The position numbers were made by a program, and so were the translations under genes. A stretch of 64,000 nt of DNA, taken from positions 1 to 64,000 of the IMG/VR virus record IMGVR_UViG_3300048892_000198; one strand, given 5' to 3'. The stretch's first letter is position 1. Each line of letters begins with the position of its first letter. The notes under the pieces are model-generated. The model saw nothing but the letters and a program-made list of their open reading frames with translations. It had not been told where the DNA came from and searched no databases. Source of the stretch: a virus. Below are positions 16,585 through 26,336 of the stretch, one piece after another.

Positions 16585-16760
16585 CCGAGTATCTTCTCCA
16601 CTTCTTCAGGTGTCGCATCCCGCACCGTAGGTTTTTCGTAGGGCTTGCGCCCCGGCAAATTGCTTCGCAGATCGATCGCCTCTGCAAGCGTCAGCGGTTC
16701 CCAACCGCGCGCTCGCCGCACGATATTGACGCTTTCCAAAAACTCTTCGTCGGTCATCAT
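16581..16760 (-). CDS. Small hypothetical protein, 59 aa (below the ORF-track cutoff)
   Basis: MMTDEEFLES...EKILG; ATGA-coupled to both neighbours. Confidence 0.6.
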   Translation of the reverse strand: MMTDEEFLESVNIVRRARGWEPLTLAEAIDLRSNLPGRKPYEKPTVRDATPEEVEKILG

Positions 16761-17386
16761 TTGGCAAACTTCTCCGGGTGCAAGTATCGATCTGGGTCGC
16801 CCCAGAGCTCTCCAAATCCAATGATCTTCAGCCGCTTGACGCGGCCCTCGAGAAAATCCGTCAAGATCCCGCGCGCAAGGCTCGTGGGGGAGACGTTCCA
16901 GAGATCGGCGTGGTAGTCGAGCGCGACTTGCGCGCCGCGCGTCACTCGAGCGCGCGCAGGGAGCTGCAATCCCCCCGTAATGGGGATCGTTTCGCCTCGA
17001 TAGAGCCAGGTCTTAGAAGTCACCACTGGGCGCTTGGGGTCGAGCAGAAAGTGATGAATCAAGCTCCGGAACACCGTCCCGGGAGCGACGCGGAGCGCCT
17101 TACAGAGCAGGAGCCAATCCACGTGCACGTTCCGGGGCATGAGCACCTGCACGCGGGTGTAGTCATTGCCCACGTAGCGGCGGCGGCCGCGCACGATGCC
17201 GCCCTTACCGCGGCGCTTGAGCTCGCCCTCCCGAAGAGCGATTGCTTCCTCCAGCACTGAGCGCTGCACGCCGAGCTCGATGGCGAGCTTTCCGAGCGGC
17301 ATCTCGAGCGGTGCCGACCAGCGACTCACCGTGAGCTGCTTGACGAGCCAAGCGCGAAACTTGAGCTGGTCGGCGTGGGTGTTCAT
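16757..17386 (-). CDS. Hypothetical DNA-binding protein (HTH plus two RHH-like repeats)
   Basis: LGKLAIELGVQRSVL; repeats GTVFRSLIHHFL and TSLARGILTDFL. Confidence 0.55.
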   Translation of the reverse strand: MNTHADQLKFRAWLVKQLTVSRWSAPLEMPLGKLAIELGVQRSVLEEAIALREGELKRRGKGGIVRGRRRYVGNDYTRVQVLMPRNVHVDWLLLCKALRVAPGTVFRSLIHHFLLDPKRPVVTSKTWLYRGETIPITGGLQLPARARVTRGAQVALDYHADLWNVSPTSLARGILTDFLEGRVKRLKIIGFGELWGDPDRYLHPEKFAK

Positions 17387-17769
17387 TAGGGGAGGAGGAT
17401 CCGGCCCTGTGTGAGCGGGGGCGGCACGTCCACCACGCGGGTGATGGCGAAGATGTCGCGCGAGTCGATGAGCGTCGCGAGCGTGACGACATGACCCATG
17501 GCGACGCCGGGCGGCGGATCGGCAGGCATCGACTGCCAGCGCATCTCGAGCACGGTCGTCGCCGATTCGGTCGTCGGGTACAGCACGGCCATCGTAATAA
17601 ACGGCGAGGCAATCCCATCCTTCTGCGGGAACGGCACCCAGTAGGATTGCTTGGGGTCGGCAGCATACGGCAGCGTACCCTTCTCATCCACCTCCACCTG
17701 CACGAGGGCTCCGCGGAGCTGCACCAGGACTGGGACCCCGTAGAATTCTTTGACGCTAGTTGGCTCCAT
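17386..17769 (-). CDS. Hypothetical protein
   Basis: 127-aa ORF in a tightly packed operon. Confidence 0.6.
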   Translation of the reverse strand: MEPTSVKEFYGVPVLVQLRGALVQVEVDEKGTLPYAADPKQSYWVPFPQKDGIASPFITMAVLYPTTESATTVLEMRWQSMPADPPPGVAMGHVVTLATLIDSRDIFAITRVVDVPPPLTQGRILLP

Positions 17770-18669
17770 TTACTTCTTTCTGAAGGTGCTCTCAACGAGC
17801 AGTTCCTGGACGGCACCACGATCGGTGCCGACTGAATTGATGTTACGACGGGCAGAGACTTTCTTGCTCTTGAGCTCGCGATAGAGCTTCCTGGTTTCAG
17901 GCACGCTCGAGTTACTGAGGAGCGCCGAGATCCCAACGCGAGCAAACGTCTTCATATGCTCAGCGAGGATCTCTTGATCTCGCTTCACGAAGCCTTCGGC
18001 CGTGTAGGAGGTGAAGTTCGCGGTTGGGCGCGTGGGCCAATAGGGCGGGTCCAGGTAAAGGAAGTGCCGGGCGTTCCCCAAGACCGCCAGCTCTAAACAC
18101 ACGCCGTGATAACTCACGCACCGAATGATCACGTCCTGGAATGCCTGATGTGCTGCCCAGATCGCTGCTTCGTGTAAAATCTCAGGCGGGTTTTTGTGGT
18201 GGCCATAGGGCACATTGCATTCGTTATTTTTGTTGACGCGCCAAAGTCCATTGTAACCGCGGGCGTTGATGTATTTGAAGCGTGCGGCGCGTGCGGCGTC
18301 CGTACTCGGCATGGACGCTCGCACCCACTTGTAATGCGCTTCGCCCGAGCCCTCTTTCTTCAGCTTGGCGAGCGCCGCGATCAGCGCCTTGGGGGAGTTT
18401 TGGATCTGGAGGTAGAAGTTGATGAGCTCTTCGTTCGTGTCGGAGAGCGTGGCCTCTTGAATGCGGCCGCTCGCGCGGAGCGCAAAGAAGATGGCGAGCC
18501 CTCCGGCAAACGGCTCGTAGTAATGACCGATGGGTTCCGGGTGCAGGCGATCGATCGCCTTCAAGATCACGTCCTTCAGCTGCGTCTTGCCACCGGCCCA
18601 CTTGAGCACGGGCTTGGCTTCTGCGAGGTGATGGAGATCTTCGTCTACTGGATCGATGAGGGTGTTCAT
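17770..18669 (-). CDS. dam: DNA adenine methyltransferase (Dam/D12 class)
   Basis: KWAGGKTQL, YYEPFAGG, YNGLWRVN, YLDPPY, LLSNS. Confidence 0.95.
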   Translation of the reverse strand: MNTLIDPVDEDLHHLAEAKPVLKWAGGKTQLKDVILKAIDRLHPEPIGHYYEPFAGGLAIFFALRASGRIQEATLSDTNEELINFYLQIQNSPKALIAALAKLKKEGSGEAHYKWVRASMPSTDAARAARFKYINARGYNGLWRVNKNNECNVPYGHHKNPPEILHEAAIWAAHQAFQDVIIRCVSYHGVCLELAVLGNARHFLYLDPPYWPTRPTANFTSYTAEGFVKRDQEILAEHMKTFARVGISALLSNSSVPETRKLYRELKSKKVSARRNINSVGTDRGAVQELLVESTFRKK

Positions 18670-19760
18670 GAGGATTTGAGGAGCTGGTCCGCAAAATCGT
18701 TCAGCGAGCATGCCCACTGCCACTGGGCACGAAGCGTGGGGGAGCCGTTCTGGGCCCACATCCAGAGCGTGCGCCAGTCATCTCGAGCGCGTTTCAACGC
18801 CTGAGCGATGGACGGCGGGTAGACCGATGGCGCAAGACTCCCCGGAAGATCGTCAATGGGGGCGAGCGGCCCAGTCGGGATCTCTTCTAATGCCTTATAG
18901 CAAGCTGGCATGTACTCCGAATGCCCGGTCACGGCCGTCGCTACGACCGGCACGCCCGAGCAGAGCGCCTCGAGCGGCACGAGCCCGAAGCCTTCACCCC
19001 GTGACGGTTGGCAAACAACGTGCGATCGGCACAGCGTTCGGGCCATGACATCGGGAGCGAGATCGGCGCGATCCATCAGGGTCACGCTCTGTTTCAGCGA
19101 ACTCCAATCCTGTATTTCGCCGTCTGCGATCGCCTCCTCGATTGCCACGCGCGCTGGGTAGTCCATCACGCACAATAGCTGCGCTCCGTCCCACGCCTTG
19201 GATTGCACCAAGATCTCCCAAGCTTTTAGAAGCTCGAAAGTACCCTTACGCTGTCGGTCGCTCGACGAAAAATGAATGACCCGGAACGCTCCCTGCTCGT
19301 ATTGATCCGAGAGCTCCTTGGCATACTCCGGATGCGGCTGGTACTCGGGCGAAACGCCATGCGGCACCGTGATGCAACTACCCAGGAACCCCTGCACGAC
19401 CCGCGCCGCCCAACGACTCGGCGCCATGTACTGCACGACATGATCATTCTGGTAGCGGGTGAGTTTGGTCACCAAGTCTTGTGGCAGTTGATCGGAATTC
19501 GGCGTCACCATCACCCAGTGCTTCTCGTGTCTTCCCCTCTCAAACATCTGCCCGACGGCATTGAGCGGCCCGACGTAGACGCCATGGCGCGCGTCGGCGC
19601 CATCGGTCGGACACTCGCCGTCCACATAGCTCGCAGCCAGATCGATTGCATAGACGCCCCTGAGGAGACCATAGGCCTTGAGCGCGCTCTCGAAGCCGCG
19701 CGTTACGATCGCGAGCGATCCGTGGCCGAGCTGTCGACCGTAAAGGCGAGCAGTGGTCAC
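18666..19760 (-). CDS. GT4-family glycosyltransferase
   Basis: VPHGV, RKG, PSRGEGFGLVPLEALCSGVPVV. Confidence 0.92.
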   Translation of the reverse strand: MTTARLYGRQLGHGSLAIVTRGFESALKAYGLLRGVYAIDLAASYVDGECPTDGADARHGVYVGPLNAVGQMFERGRHEKHWVMVTPNSDQLPQDLVTKLTRYQNDHVVQYMAPSRWAARVVQGFLGSCITVPHGVSPEYQPHPEYAKELSDQYEQGAFRVIHFSSSDRQRKGTFELLKAWEILVQSKAWDGAQLLCVMDYPARVAIEEAIADGEIQDWSSLKQSVTLMDRADLAPDVMARTLCRSHVVCQPSRGEGFGLVPLEALCSGVPVVATAVTGHSEYMPACYKALEEIPTGPLAPIDDLPGSLAPSVYPPSIAQALKRARDDWRTLWMWAQNGSPTLRAQWQWACSLNDFADQLLKSS

Positions 19761-21091
19761 TTCACGACCCCGAACATCCCCGCTCCCGCGATCTGCTCCA
19801 CCCGAAACCGCATGAGCTTGCCCACGGCCTCGAGCGAGTACTGCCGCAGATCGATGCCCTTGGTGACGGACACGTCGTGCGTCGTCGGTGCCGAGGCCTT
19901 CAGGAGTGCCTCAGCGAGGTGTCCCTCCAAGTATCCCATCCACATCGCATCCGACTCCCAACCGTAGGACTTTGGCACGGGCTCCGGATCGCTCGGAGCC
20001 ACCGCGACGTGGCCATTGCCCACGAAATCATCCACACCGCCGCTCGGCACGTAGACAACCTGGTTGCCGGCGAGGCACGCCTCGAAGGCAGGGAGATTCC
20101 AGGCCTCGCCGTGCGAGGAGGAAACGTAGATGTTGTTACGGTAGTGGAGCTCGAGGATCGACGCGCGCGGGAAGCGGCCTTCGATGAGCTTGACCCGCTC
20201 GCGGATCTTCTCCGGCGTCCAGCCAATGGCACTCAGCGTCGGATCGTCCTGACAACGCGCGATCGTCTCTTCGGGCGTCGGGTACCCGGGCCATTTGCCG
20301 CCCGTGTATTTGATCGTCAGGATCGCGTGGTCTTGCGGCGTGAACGCCTCCAGGAACGCATGCACGAGCTTTGCATAGCCCTTGCGCGGCTCCCAGCGAC
20401 CGATCGAGTAAAACTTCATCCAGCCTGGATCGGGCTTGCGGCGCTGGAGCTTCAGGATGGGGTCTGCCGGATCGAACGGATGCGGCACGACGAAGATCTT
20501 TTCCTCAGGCACTCCGGAGGCCGCTAGCATGTGAGCGTTCGCCCAACATGGCACCCAGCATTCGGCGACGCGCGACAGCGTCTTAACGATGCCCGGATCG
20601 ACGCGATCTCGCTCCCAGACACTGTAGACGATCGTGGAAGCGAAGATCTTCCGGCGCAGCTCGGCCTGCTTTTCGAAGTCCTTGTCGACGGCACCCTGCG
20701 GCATCACGACGCGCTTCAGGTGCTCGGCATCGCGCACGACCAAGTGCTTGATGGTCGGGTAGTAGTGCTCGGCGGTCGTGAGCTGGAGCTTACCGACCTC
20801 GCGCTCGACCTGAGGATCGGGATCGATGGAGTGAGCGGGGCGCGCATTGCCGTGTTCGTCGACCACGGTGCCGGTGAAGCTTCGGAGCAGCACCGGGATG
20901 CCGGCGAGTGACAGCGCGCGGGCGTGCGAGCGTACCGCGACGGCCGTGCCGTCCCAGGGCGTCTCGAACTCGCCCTGGTACATGACCGCGCACCGATGCT
21001 CGGGCTTACGCGGCGCCATGAAGTACGCCTTGTCGCGCTCGGGCGCGTTGAATGGGATCGGGGGGAGGTGAGCGGGGAGCTCGTCGGTCAT
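19757..21091 (-). CDS. GT4-family glycosyltransferase
   Basis: YSVWE, IGRWEPRKG, SSHGEAWNLPAFEACLAG; start at MTDELP. Confidence 0.92.
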   Translation of the reverse strand: MTDELPAHLPPIPFNAPERDKAYFMAPRKPEHRCAVMYQGEFETPWDGTAVAVRSHARALSLAGIPVLLRSFTGTVVDEHGNARPAHSIDPDPQVEREVGKLQLTTAEHYYPTIKHLVVRDAEHLKRVVMPQGAVDKDFEKQAELRRKIFASTIVYSVWERDRVDPGIVKTLSRVAECWVPCWANAHMLAASGVPEEKIFVVPHPFDPADPILKLQRRKPDPGWMKFYSIGRWEPRKGYAKLVHAFLEAFTPQDHAILTIKYTGGKWPGYPTPEETIARCQDDPTLSAIGWTPEKIRERVKLIEGRFPRASILELHYRNNIYVSSSHGEAWNLPAFEACLAGNQVVYVPSGGVDDFVGNGHVAVAPSDPEPVPKSYGWESDAMWMGYLEGHLAEALLKASAPTTHDVSVTKGIDLRQYSLEAVGKLMRFRVEQIAGAGMFGVVK

Positions 21092-21711
21092 CGCAAAAAC
21101 TCCACCACATGCGCGATCAGCGTCGCGAGCACCATGCCAATTATGACGTAGGCAACGTTGCCCTCCCAAGAGGCGCCTTTTTGATCCGTCGAAGCCGCGA
21201 TGAGCGCAATGGGCACAGGGAGATCTTCGGGCTCAGGAACCGAATCGCTCTCCGGCTCAGCCGGTGGCGTCGCGCGCGAGACACCGCACTCTTCTGAGCA
21301 TACCGCAAACGGATCGCTCACCACAGTGCTGTGCCTCGGGCAGTAGTATTTGCCGTCCCGTTCCTGCCATCGATCCGTCGTCCAATCCGCGGGCACCGCG
21401 AGACCGGAAGCGTGACGATGCGGAGGGATCGCCGGGTGTGGCGCATGCCCCCCGTCAATGAACACGCGATACGACGTGCACGCCCAAGCATCGCACGTGA
21501 TCGTCTCCCGTCGCTCCATGCCACTCGTGAGCACGCGAAGCTCTTCTCGCTCCTCCCCAAGACCTATGACCCGCACCTCTTGCTCTGCCTGAATGGCAAA
21601 CCCAGGCGTCATGCGCGAACCCTCATCGAAGCCGAAGATCGGATCATCGATCCTGCGGCGCCTATCGGTCTCTTCGAAGAGCCCGCCCTTCCGATCCGGC
21701 ACGAGCTTCAC
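21088..21711 (-). CDS. Hypothetical protein with zinc-binding motif and C-terminal TM
   Basis: CDAWAC...YCPRH; GTGA-coupled start. Confidence 0.55.
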   Translation of the reverse strand: MKLVPDRKGGLFEETDRRRRIDDPIFGFDEGSRMTPGFAIQAEQEVRVIGLGEEREELRVLTSGMERRETITCDAWACTSYRVFIDGGHAPHPAIPPHRHASGLAVPADWTTDRWQERDGKYYCPRHSTVVSDPFAVCSEECGVSRATPPAEPESDSVPEPEDLPVPIALIAASTDQKGASWEGNVAYVIIGMVLATLIAHVVEFLR

Positions 21712-22304
21712 AGATACCTCAGCACCGAGTTGTCGATCCGGAACTTCCTCCCGCACCCGAGCCCCGGACACGTGACGGCTTCAGTCAGGTGAATCGTCCC
21801 GGCCAACGTGTAGAACTCTTCCGGGTTATTCGGGTTGACCCAAAGCTCGCCCTGACGGCGCGTGTCGAGCTCGAAGTGGCGATGGGTCGAGCGGATGGTC
21901 ATCTGCGCTTCGGCCGATCCGTACCTCGCCGCGCAAAACGGGCAGCACACGATCAGCATGAGCGCCTTGCCCGACTCGTCAGTGGTGTCGACCGTGAGCT
22001 CGCAGACAATGAATCCCTCGGCCTTGCCGGCGGAGTTTCGGATCTCGAGCACGACGCAAGCGTGCGACTGCGTGCCGCCGAGCTTCGTCGTCGAGATGCG
22101 GGCGTTCGGGTCGAGGGTCGTCACCTTGCGGCGCGCGTCCTCTTCGGCGCGCCGACGCTCAGCGTCCACCTTCTTTTCGTGGAGCTGCTTATCGTAAGCG
22201 GCGGTCGTCATGCCGCCGCGCACGAAGGACGTGAGCGGGACTTCGATTTCTTTAGGTGGTTGGGCTGCAGGAGCGGGCGAAGTGGCGGGCTTTTCTTCGG
22301 TCAT
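21708..22304 (-). CDS. Hypothetical zinc-ribbon protein
   Basis: CCPFC...CPGLGCG; start at MTEEKP. Confidence 0.7.
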   Translation of the reverse strand: MTEEKPATSPAPAAQPPKEIEVPLTSFVRGGMTTAAYDKQLHEKKVDAERRRAEEDARRKVTTLDPNARISTTKLGGTQSHACVVLEIRNSAGKAEGFIVCELTVDTTDESGKALMLIVCCPFCAARYGSAEAQMTIRSTHRHFELDTRRQGELWVNPNNPEEFYTLAGTIHLTEAVTCPGLGCGRKFRIDNSVLRYL

Positions 22305-22369
22305 GAGTGACAGAAGCGAGATAGCACGCGACTGTCTCAGTCGGCAAGCCTCGAAAATATCGAGCCGAA

Positions 22370-22627
22370 TTAGGCCTGATTTGGATGCAGAATCTTGACC
22401 GAAAGCCACGCAACGGCGAGCGTCGTGACGACGCCGGCGACGATCGGAAAGAGGAGGCTCTGCCTCGCTTCAGCCACGAGCGAGGTGCGGACGCCGTTCA
22501 CGCAGCCCGAGCATTCGGGGAAATCACTGCCCGCGTCATCGGGACAGATCTCGCAGTCCGAGCCCGAAGCGATCATGCAGGGCCCGCACGCTTCCCCGAG
22601 GCCTCTGACCGCTACGTAGCTCATCAC
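22370..22627 (-). CDS. GLG-family tail-anchored Cys-rich protein
   Basis: MMSYVAVRGLGE; six Cys; C-terminal TM. Confidence 0.7.
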   Translation of the reverse strand: MMSYVAVRGLGEACGPCMIASGSDCEICPDDAGSDFPECSGCVNGVRTSLVAEARQSLLFPIVAGVVTTLAVAWLSVKILHPNQA

Positions 22628-23040
22628 TTCCAGAGGAAGACGACACCCGCGAGCACGAGTGCGCCGGACACGATGAGCAAGGCCTTGTTAGGAGTCGCGG
22701 CAGTATCCCCGGTGCCACGCTGTGAGCACGGGCACGCGCCGACGCCCATCATGCCGTCCCGCGGACGGTACGTGCTCTTCTGCGGGAAGTGACCGAGGCC
22801 ATTGATGGCCTTCTCGTACTCGGGCTTGAAGTACGCGCCGAGACCGTTGATTGGTTTTTCGTACTCGGGCTTGAAGTATGCGCCAAGCCCTTCGACCGCG
22901 AGGCGCGGGGGGCCGACGAGGTTCGGGTTGACTCCGAAGGAGGGCCATGGCGCGCTCTTCCAACCCGCTTCTCCGGCATGCCACGGGCTGTCGGGCTGGT
23001 GCATGCGGTAGTACTCGGGTTTGATTTCGGCGTAGCTCAT
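22624..23040 (-). CDS. GLG-repeat tail-anchored protein
   Basis: (GLGAYFKPEYEKxIN)x2 followed by GLG; C-terminal TM ending in K. Confidence 0.75.
   Translation of the reverse strand: MSYAEIKPEYYRMHQPDSPWHAGEAGWKSAPWPSFGVNPNLVGPPRLAVEGLGAYFKPEYEKPINGLGAYFKPEYEKAINGLGHFPQKSTYRPRDGMMGVGACPCSQRGTGDTAATPNKALLIVSGALVLAGVVFLWK
22801..22890 (-). repeat. Two 45-bp intragenic tandem repeats
   Basis: Encode GLGAYFKPEYEKPIN and GLGAYFKPEYEKAIN. Confidence 0.85.
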
Positions 23041-23696
23041 GGGCTCACTCCAGGGGCAGCAGCGTGCTGCTTGAGAAATTCGAAGGCGGTGGTCGCTTCC
23101 CGGAAGCGCTCAGCGGCGCGAGCCCGATCCTGTGGATTGCGATCGGGGTGATGCTTGAAAGCCTGAGCTCGGTAAGCCTGAGCAATGTCTTCTGCGGATG
23201 CGCTCCGCTTGACCTTGAGGATCTTGCGCGCGTGAGCGAGGCGCGCAAGTAGGATCGGATCTGGCGGAGGAGACGGCGGGGGCGCGTTCTTTCGGGAGCG
23301 CGGCCCGGGCGGAGGCGCAGATCCTGGGGGAGACGATGGGTCGTAGGCCGCACCACCACGAGCATGCGCGGGGGTGTGGTCGTCGATGTCTTGCTTGACG
23401 CAGGGGAAGCACACCACCTGTCCGCTCCGAGCGGCAAAGGAGTGATTGAGGCACGTGGGCTTCCGGCAAACGCTACAGGCCGCGATCGCAGGCGATGGGC
23501 ACGGATCACCGCGAAACAGCACTTCGCAGGGGATCCCGGTGAGCAGGTGCGGCAGCCAGAGCTGGGATGCGCTCCGGCTGAGCTCGGCGACCCAAGGACC
23601 AATGGCAGTCCAGGCATTGCGCGCGCCGTCGGGCGCGGCCTCCGACAGATGCGAGGCGAAACGCCCGAGCGCACCAAGGAACCCTTCTTTCGCCAT
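23037..23696 (-). CDS. J-domain (DnaJ-type) co-chaperone with B-box-like zinc finger
   Basis: C-terminal ILKV...IAQAYR...KHHPDRN...FREATTAFE; CSVC..CLNH..CFPC. Confidence 0.88.
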   Translation of the reverse strand: MAKEGFLGALGRFASHLSEAAPDGARNAWTAIGPWVAELSRSASQLWLPHLLTGIPCEVLFRGDPCPSPAIAACSVCRKPTCLNHSFAARSGQVVCFPCVKQDIDDHTPAHARGGAAYDPSSPPGSAPPPGPRSRKNAPPPSPPPDPILLARLAHARKILKVKRSASAEDIAQAYRAQAFKHHPDRNPQDRARAAERFREATTAFEFLKQHAAAPGVSP

Positions 23697-23736
23697 TGAC
23701 GAGAGCGTAACATCGGGGGCCTTGCGGGTAAAACGC

Positions 23737-24225
23737 TCAGCGCTTGAAGGCGAGGTAGGCCGCGATCCCGACGATCGACACCGCCACGATCTGATTGAAC
23801 GGGTCCTTCAATGCCCGATCGAGCGGCTGGGGGACTGAGAGTGAGCTCGAGACGCAGGGCGCGATCGCCTGGCAGGCTGCATCCGAGACCGCGTCGCCGA
23901 GCACGCCGTCGCGGAAGGCGTGGCCCATGCCGCGCACGCTTCGGCGCTGCTGGCGCGGGAAGGCCTGCATGAAAGTGCGACCGAGGGCGCCATCTTGGAA
24001 GGCCTGCGCTTGCGCTTGCCCGACGCCCACGAGCGCGTGGTGCTGTTTGTAGTAGCGCGAGGTCGGCGCGCGTCGCAAGAGCGACCACTGCATGGGGCGC
24101 ATCAGCGCGCCGAGCGCGCCGTTCTCGAACTCTTCCAAGCTCGCCTGATAGCCCTGCCAGGGGGCCGCCTGCGAGAACACGCCGTCCTGCCACTCACCTT
24201 CGGGGCCGCTCATTGCTTTGTACAT
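23737..24225 (-). CDS. GLG-family tail-anchored protein with F-x-D-G-x-L-G repeats
   Basis: FENGALG, FQDGALG, FRDGVLGD; C-terminal TM plus KR. Confidence 0.7.
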   Translation of the reverse strand: MYKAMSGPEGEWQDGVFSQAAPWQGYQASLEEFENGALGALMRPMQWSLLRRAPTSRYYKQHHALVGVGQAQAQAFQDGALGRTFMQAFPRQQRRSVRGMGHAFRDGVLGDAVSDAACQAIAPCVSSSLSVPQPLDRALKDPFNQIVAVSIVGIAAYLAFKR

Positions 24226-24246
24226 CGTGGGAAATCCTTTGCCTGG

Positions 24247-24276
24247 ATGGTACCTGGGGGAGGGACTCGGGCGCAA
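24247..24276 (-). promoter_or_regulatory. Sigma70-like promoter
   Basis: - strand TTGCGC-N18-TACCAT, just upstream of the 24225 start. Confidence 0.5.
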
Positions 24277-24289
24277 ACTTCTGGGTCGA

Positions 24290-24544
24290 TCAGCGGCGAC
24301 GGCGACGACGGGATCGATTCGGGGTCAGGCGCTTGGCTGACTTTTCCGAGAACTCACTGCCTGCCGGGATCTCGTACAAGGTCCCGTGCTCACGCTTGGC
24401 GTACGATCGTGCTTCTCCCAGATCACCGAAGTACTCGTAGCGCCCGCCAGACACCTGCACGAAGTAGTCCTTCCGCAGGAAGAGCCACCATGCGCCAGCT
24501 ACCGCAGCCGCTCCGAGGACAATGACCGTCGCTGCGCTCGCCAT
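24290..24544 (-). CDS. Small membrane protein with LTPN-RSRRRRR tail
   Basis: N-terminal TM; Arg-rich tail. Confidence 0.7.
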   Translation of the reverse strand: MASAATVIVLGAAAVAGAWWLFLRKDYFVQVSGGRYEYFGDLGEARSYAKREHGTLYEIPAGSEFSEKSAKRLTPNRSRRRRRR

Positions 24545-24547
24545 GGG

Positions 24548-24937
24548 TCAACCCTTGAGCAGCCCCGCCACAAACGCCTGCGCGATGAGGCCGGAGTTGG
24601 GGGTCGTGCCCTGCTGCATCACGCCCGCGGTACCGGCGACGCTATTGCCGAAGACGACTACGAAGTCGTTCTGGGGGTTCGAGGCATTTTGGACGAGCGC
24701 CCACATGCCCGCTTGCTTGCCCGAGGCGTCCGCCTGCTGCTGCCACTGCGTGAGCGTGAGCGTGAGGCCCGTCGGGTTTTTGGGGCCCGGAGGGATAGTC
24801 ATCATGGCCGCTCCCGGACCGGGCGTGGGGGGACCTGCGTTTGCGGCCGCGCCGCCCTGCGCCTTCGAATGCTTGACGAGCAGCACGACGGCGCCGACTC
24901 CGACACCGCCGATCAGCAAAGTTTTTCCGAGTCCCAT
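24548..24937 (-). CDS. N-terminally anchored membrane protein
   Basis: MGLGKTLLIGGVGVGAVVLL; GGAG RBS. Confidence 0.7.
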   Translation of the reverse strand: MGLGKTLLIGGVGVGAVVLLVKHSKAQGGAAANAGPPTPGPGAAMMTIPPGPKNPTGLTLTLTQWQQQADASGKQAGMWALVQNASNPQNDFVVVFGNSVAGTAGVMQQGTTPNSGLIAQAFVAGLLKG

Positions 24938-24949
24938 GTTTATCTCCTG

Positions 24950-25165
24950 TCAGAAGTGCTTCGATACGTGGTGTCCGTACTTGATCCCGACGACGACGCC
25001 GGCACCAAGCGCCAGTACGATCCAGGCCCAAGACGGAATGCCCGCCGACATCTCGGCGTCGCCGAGCCCGACAGCTCGACCGGCGAGCTTGACGGGATTC
25101 GCGTCGATCTTCATGGCGGCGCCCGCGATCTTCTCGAAGTCGCCGGGGCTCATCACGAAGTCCAT
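24950..25165 (-). CDS. GLG-family small membrane protein
   Basis: VGLGD; C-terminal TM. Confidence 0.7.
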   Translation of the reverse strand: MDFVMSPGDFEKIAGAAMKIDANPVKLAGRAVGLGDAEMSAGIPSWAWIVLALGAGVVVGIKYGHHVSKHF

Positions 25166-25371
25166 TACGCGGCTCGCTTGCGACGTTTGACTGGCTGAAG
25201 CGTCGCGTAGAAGATATAGCCGACCGTGCCGAGCGCGGCGATCCAGATACCGATGGTGAGGGGGCTCATCTTCGGATCGGTTACCACGACTGGGCCGGCG
25301 GGAGAGGCGGCATCACCCATGCCGCAGCCGCAGCCCGAGTCGGTGCCTGAAAGCGCGACGATGCGGGCCAT
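25165..25371 (-). CDS. GLG-family small membrane protein
   Basis: MARIVALSGTDSGCGCGMGD; TM plus KRRKR. Confidence 0.7.
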   Translation of the reverse strand: MARIVALSGTDSGCGCGMGDAASPAGPVVVTDPKMSPLTIGIWIAALGTVGYIFYATLQPVKRRKRAA

Positions 25372-26186
25372 CAGGCGGCGCTCCGTCTGCCCGTGACGAG
25401 CTTGTAGGCGCCCACGGCGGCGACGGCGCCGAGCGCGACCCAAAGGATCGCCTTGGTGTTGGTGGAAGCAGTGGGCGCCATCGCGGCGGGCGCCAGCGGC
25501 ACGGGCGCATTCGAGCCCGGGATTTGTGGCTGCCCAGGGCTCACCGGGCTCACCGGAATAGTGGACTGCACGGCCGGCGTCGCCGGCACCGTGATCGGTC
25601 CCTGCCGGAGCTGCGCGTTGAATGCGCTCGGGAAAGACCCCGATGCTGGGTGCGCGCGGTCTGACGCGGGAGGCGAGATCTCCAGGATGTACACGAGCAC
25701 GCCACCGATAGTCGTCGCGGCGTAGTTGAGCGAGGTCGGGCCGGTCTTCGGATCGGCACCGTCTCTCAGCCTCAGCCAGTAGAGGAAATAGATCCGAGGC
25801 GGGCTCGCATTGTCGAGCTGCGAGTAGACGGCTTCGGTGCGGTCGTACGCGAAGGGCGTGCCCTCGAAGGCTGCTTTGACAGCTTGCTGCCCCGTCAGCA
25901 CCGGAGAGATGACGGCAAGCTCTTGCACCACGCTGGAAGTGGTATTCGTGACGGAGACGAGCTGGAGGTCATTGACCGCGTACGCCTGGTAGTCCTTGAG
26001 CGGAGAGGCCTCGACCCACGAGGTCTCGAGCGTTGGCGACTGTGCGGCCCACTCGGTGTAGACGAGACTCGGAGCCGCACCGATGAGCGCGAGGAGCGCC
26101 TGGTCGGCAAGCGGGAGCGATTGATCGTCGGCGCCGAGCCCCGACAGATCATTGCGAAAATAGGAGGAGCCGAAGCGCAGCGTCAC
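25371..26186 (-). CDS. GLG-family tail-anchored virion-like protein
   Basis: SYFRNDLSGLGAD; Pro-rich linker; TM plus K..RR. Confidence 0.75.
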   Translation of the reverse strand: MTLRFGSSYFRNDLSGLGADDQSLPLADQALLALIGAAPSLVYTEWAAQSPTLETSWVEASPLKDYQAYAVNDLQLVSVTNTTSSVVQELAVISPVLTGQQAVKAAFEGTPFAYDRTEAVYSQLDNASPPRIYFLYWLRLRDGADPKTGPTSLNYAATTIGGVLVYILEISPPASDRAHPASGSFPSAFNAQLRQGPITVPATPAVQSTIPVSPVSPGQPQIPGSNAPVPLAPAAMAPTASTNTKAILWVALGAVAAVGAYKLVTGRRSAA

Positions 26187-26336
26187 GTGAGCCCTCCTTG
26201 AAAAATCACGAAGAAGCAGCCGTGCCCACCTGTCAGGACAGTTCCCAGCCGCTTGAGGTTTTTATGTCCTCGGTTGGTGGGAAAAGGTTCGGGGGGGGGC
26301 ACGGCTACTCCTTCGGGAAGACTGGGGGTTGGAGCG

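Noticed and set aside
16581-16760. Lasso-peptide precursor (YEKPTV resembles the YxxPxL leader) paired with the transglutaminase as a B2 protease
   Set aside because: The motif is near the C-terminus, there is no core peptide, lasso cyclase or RRE, and the protease is 26 kb away in the virion operon
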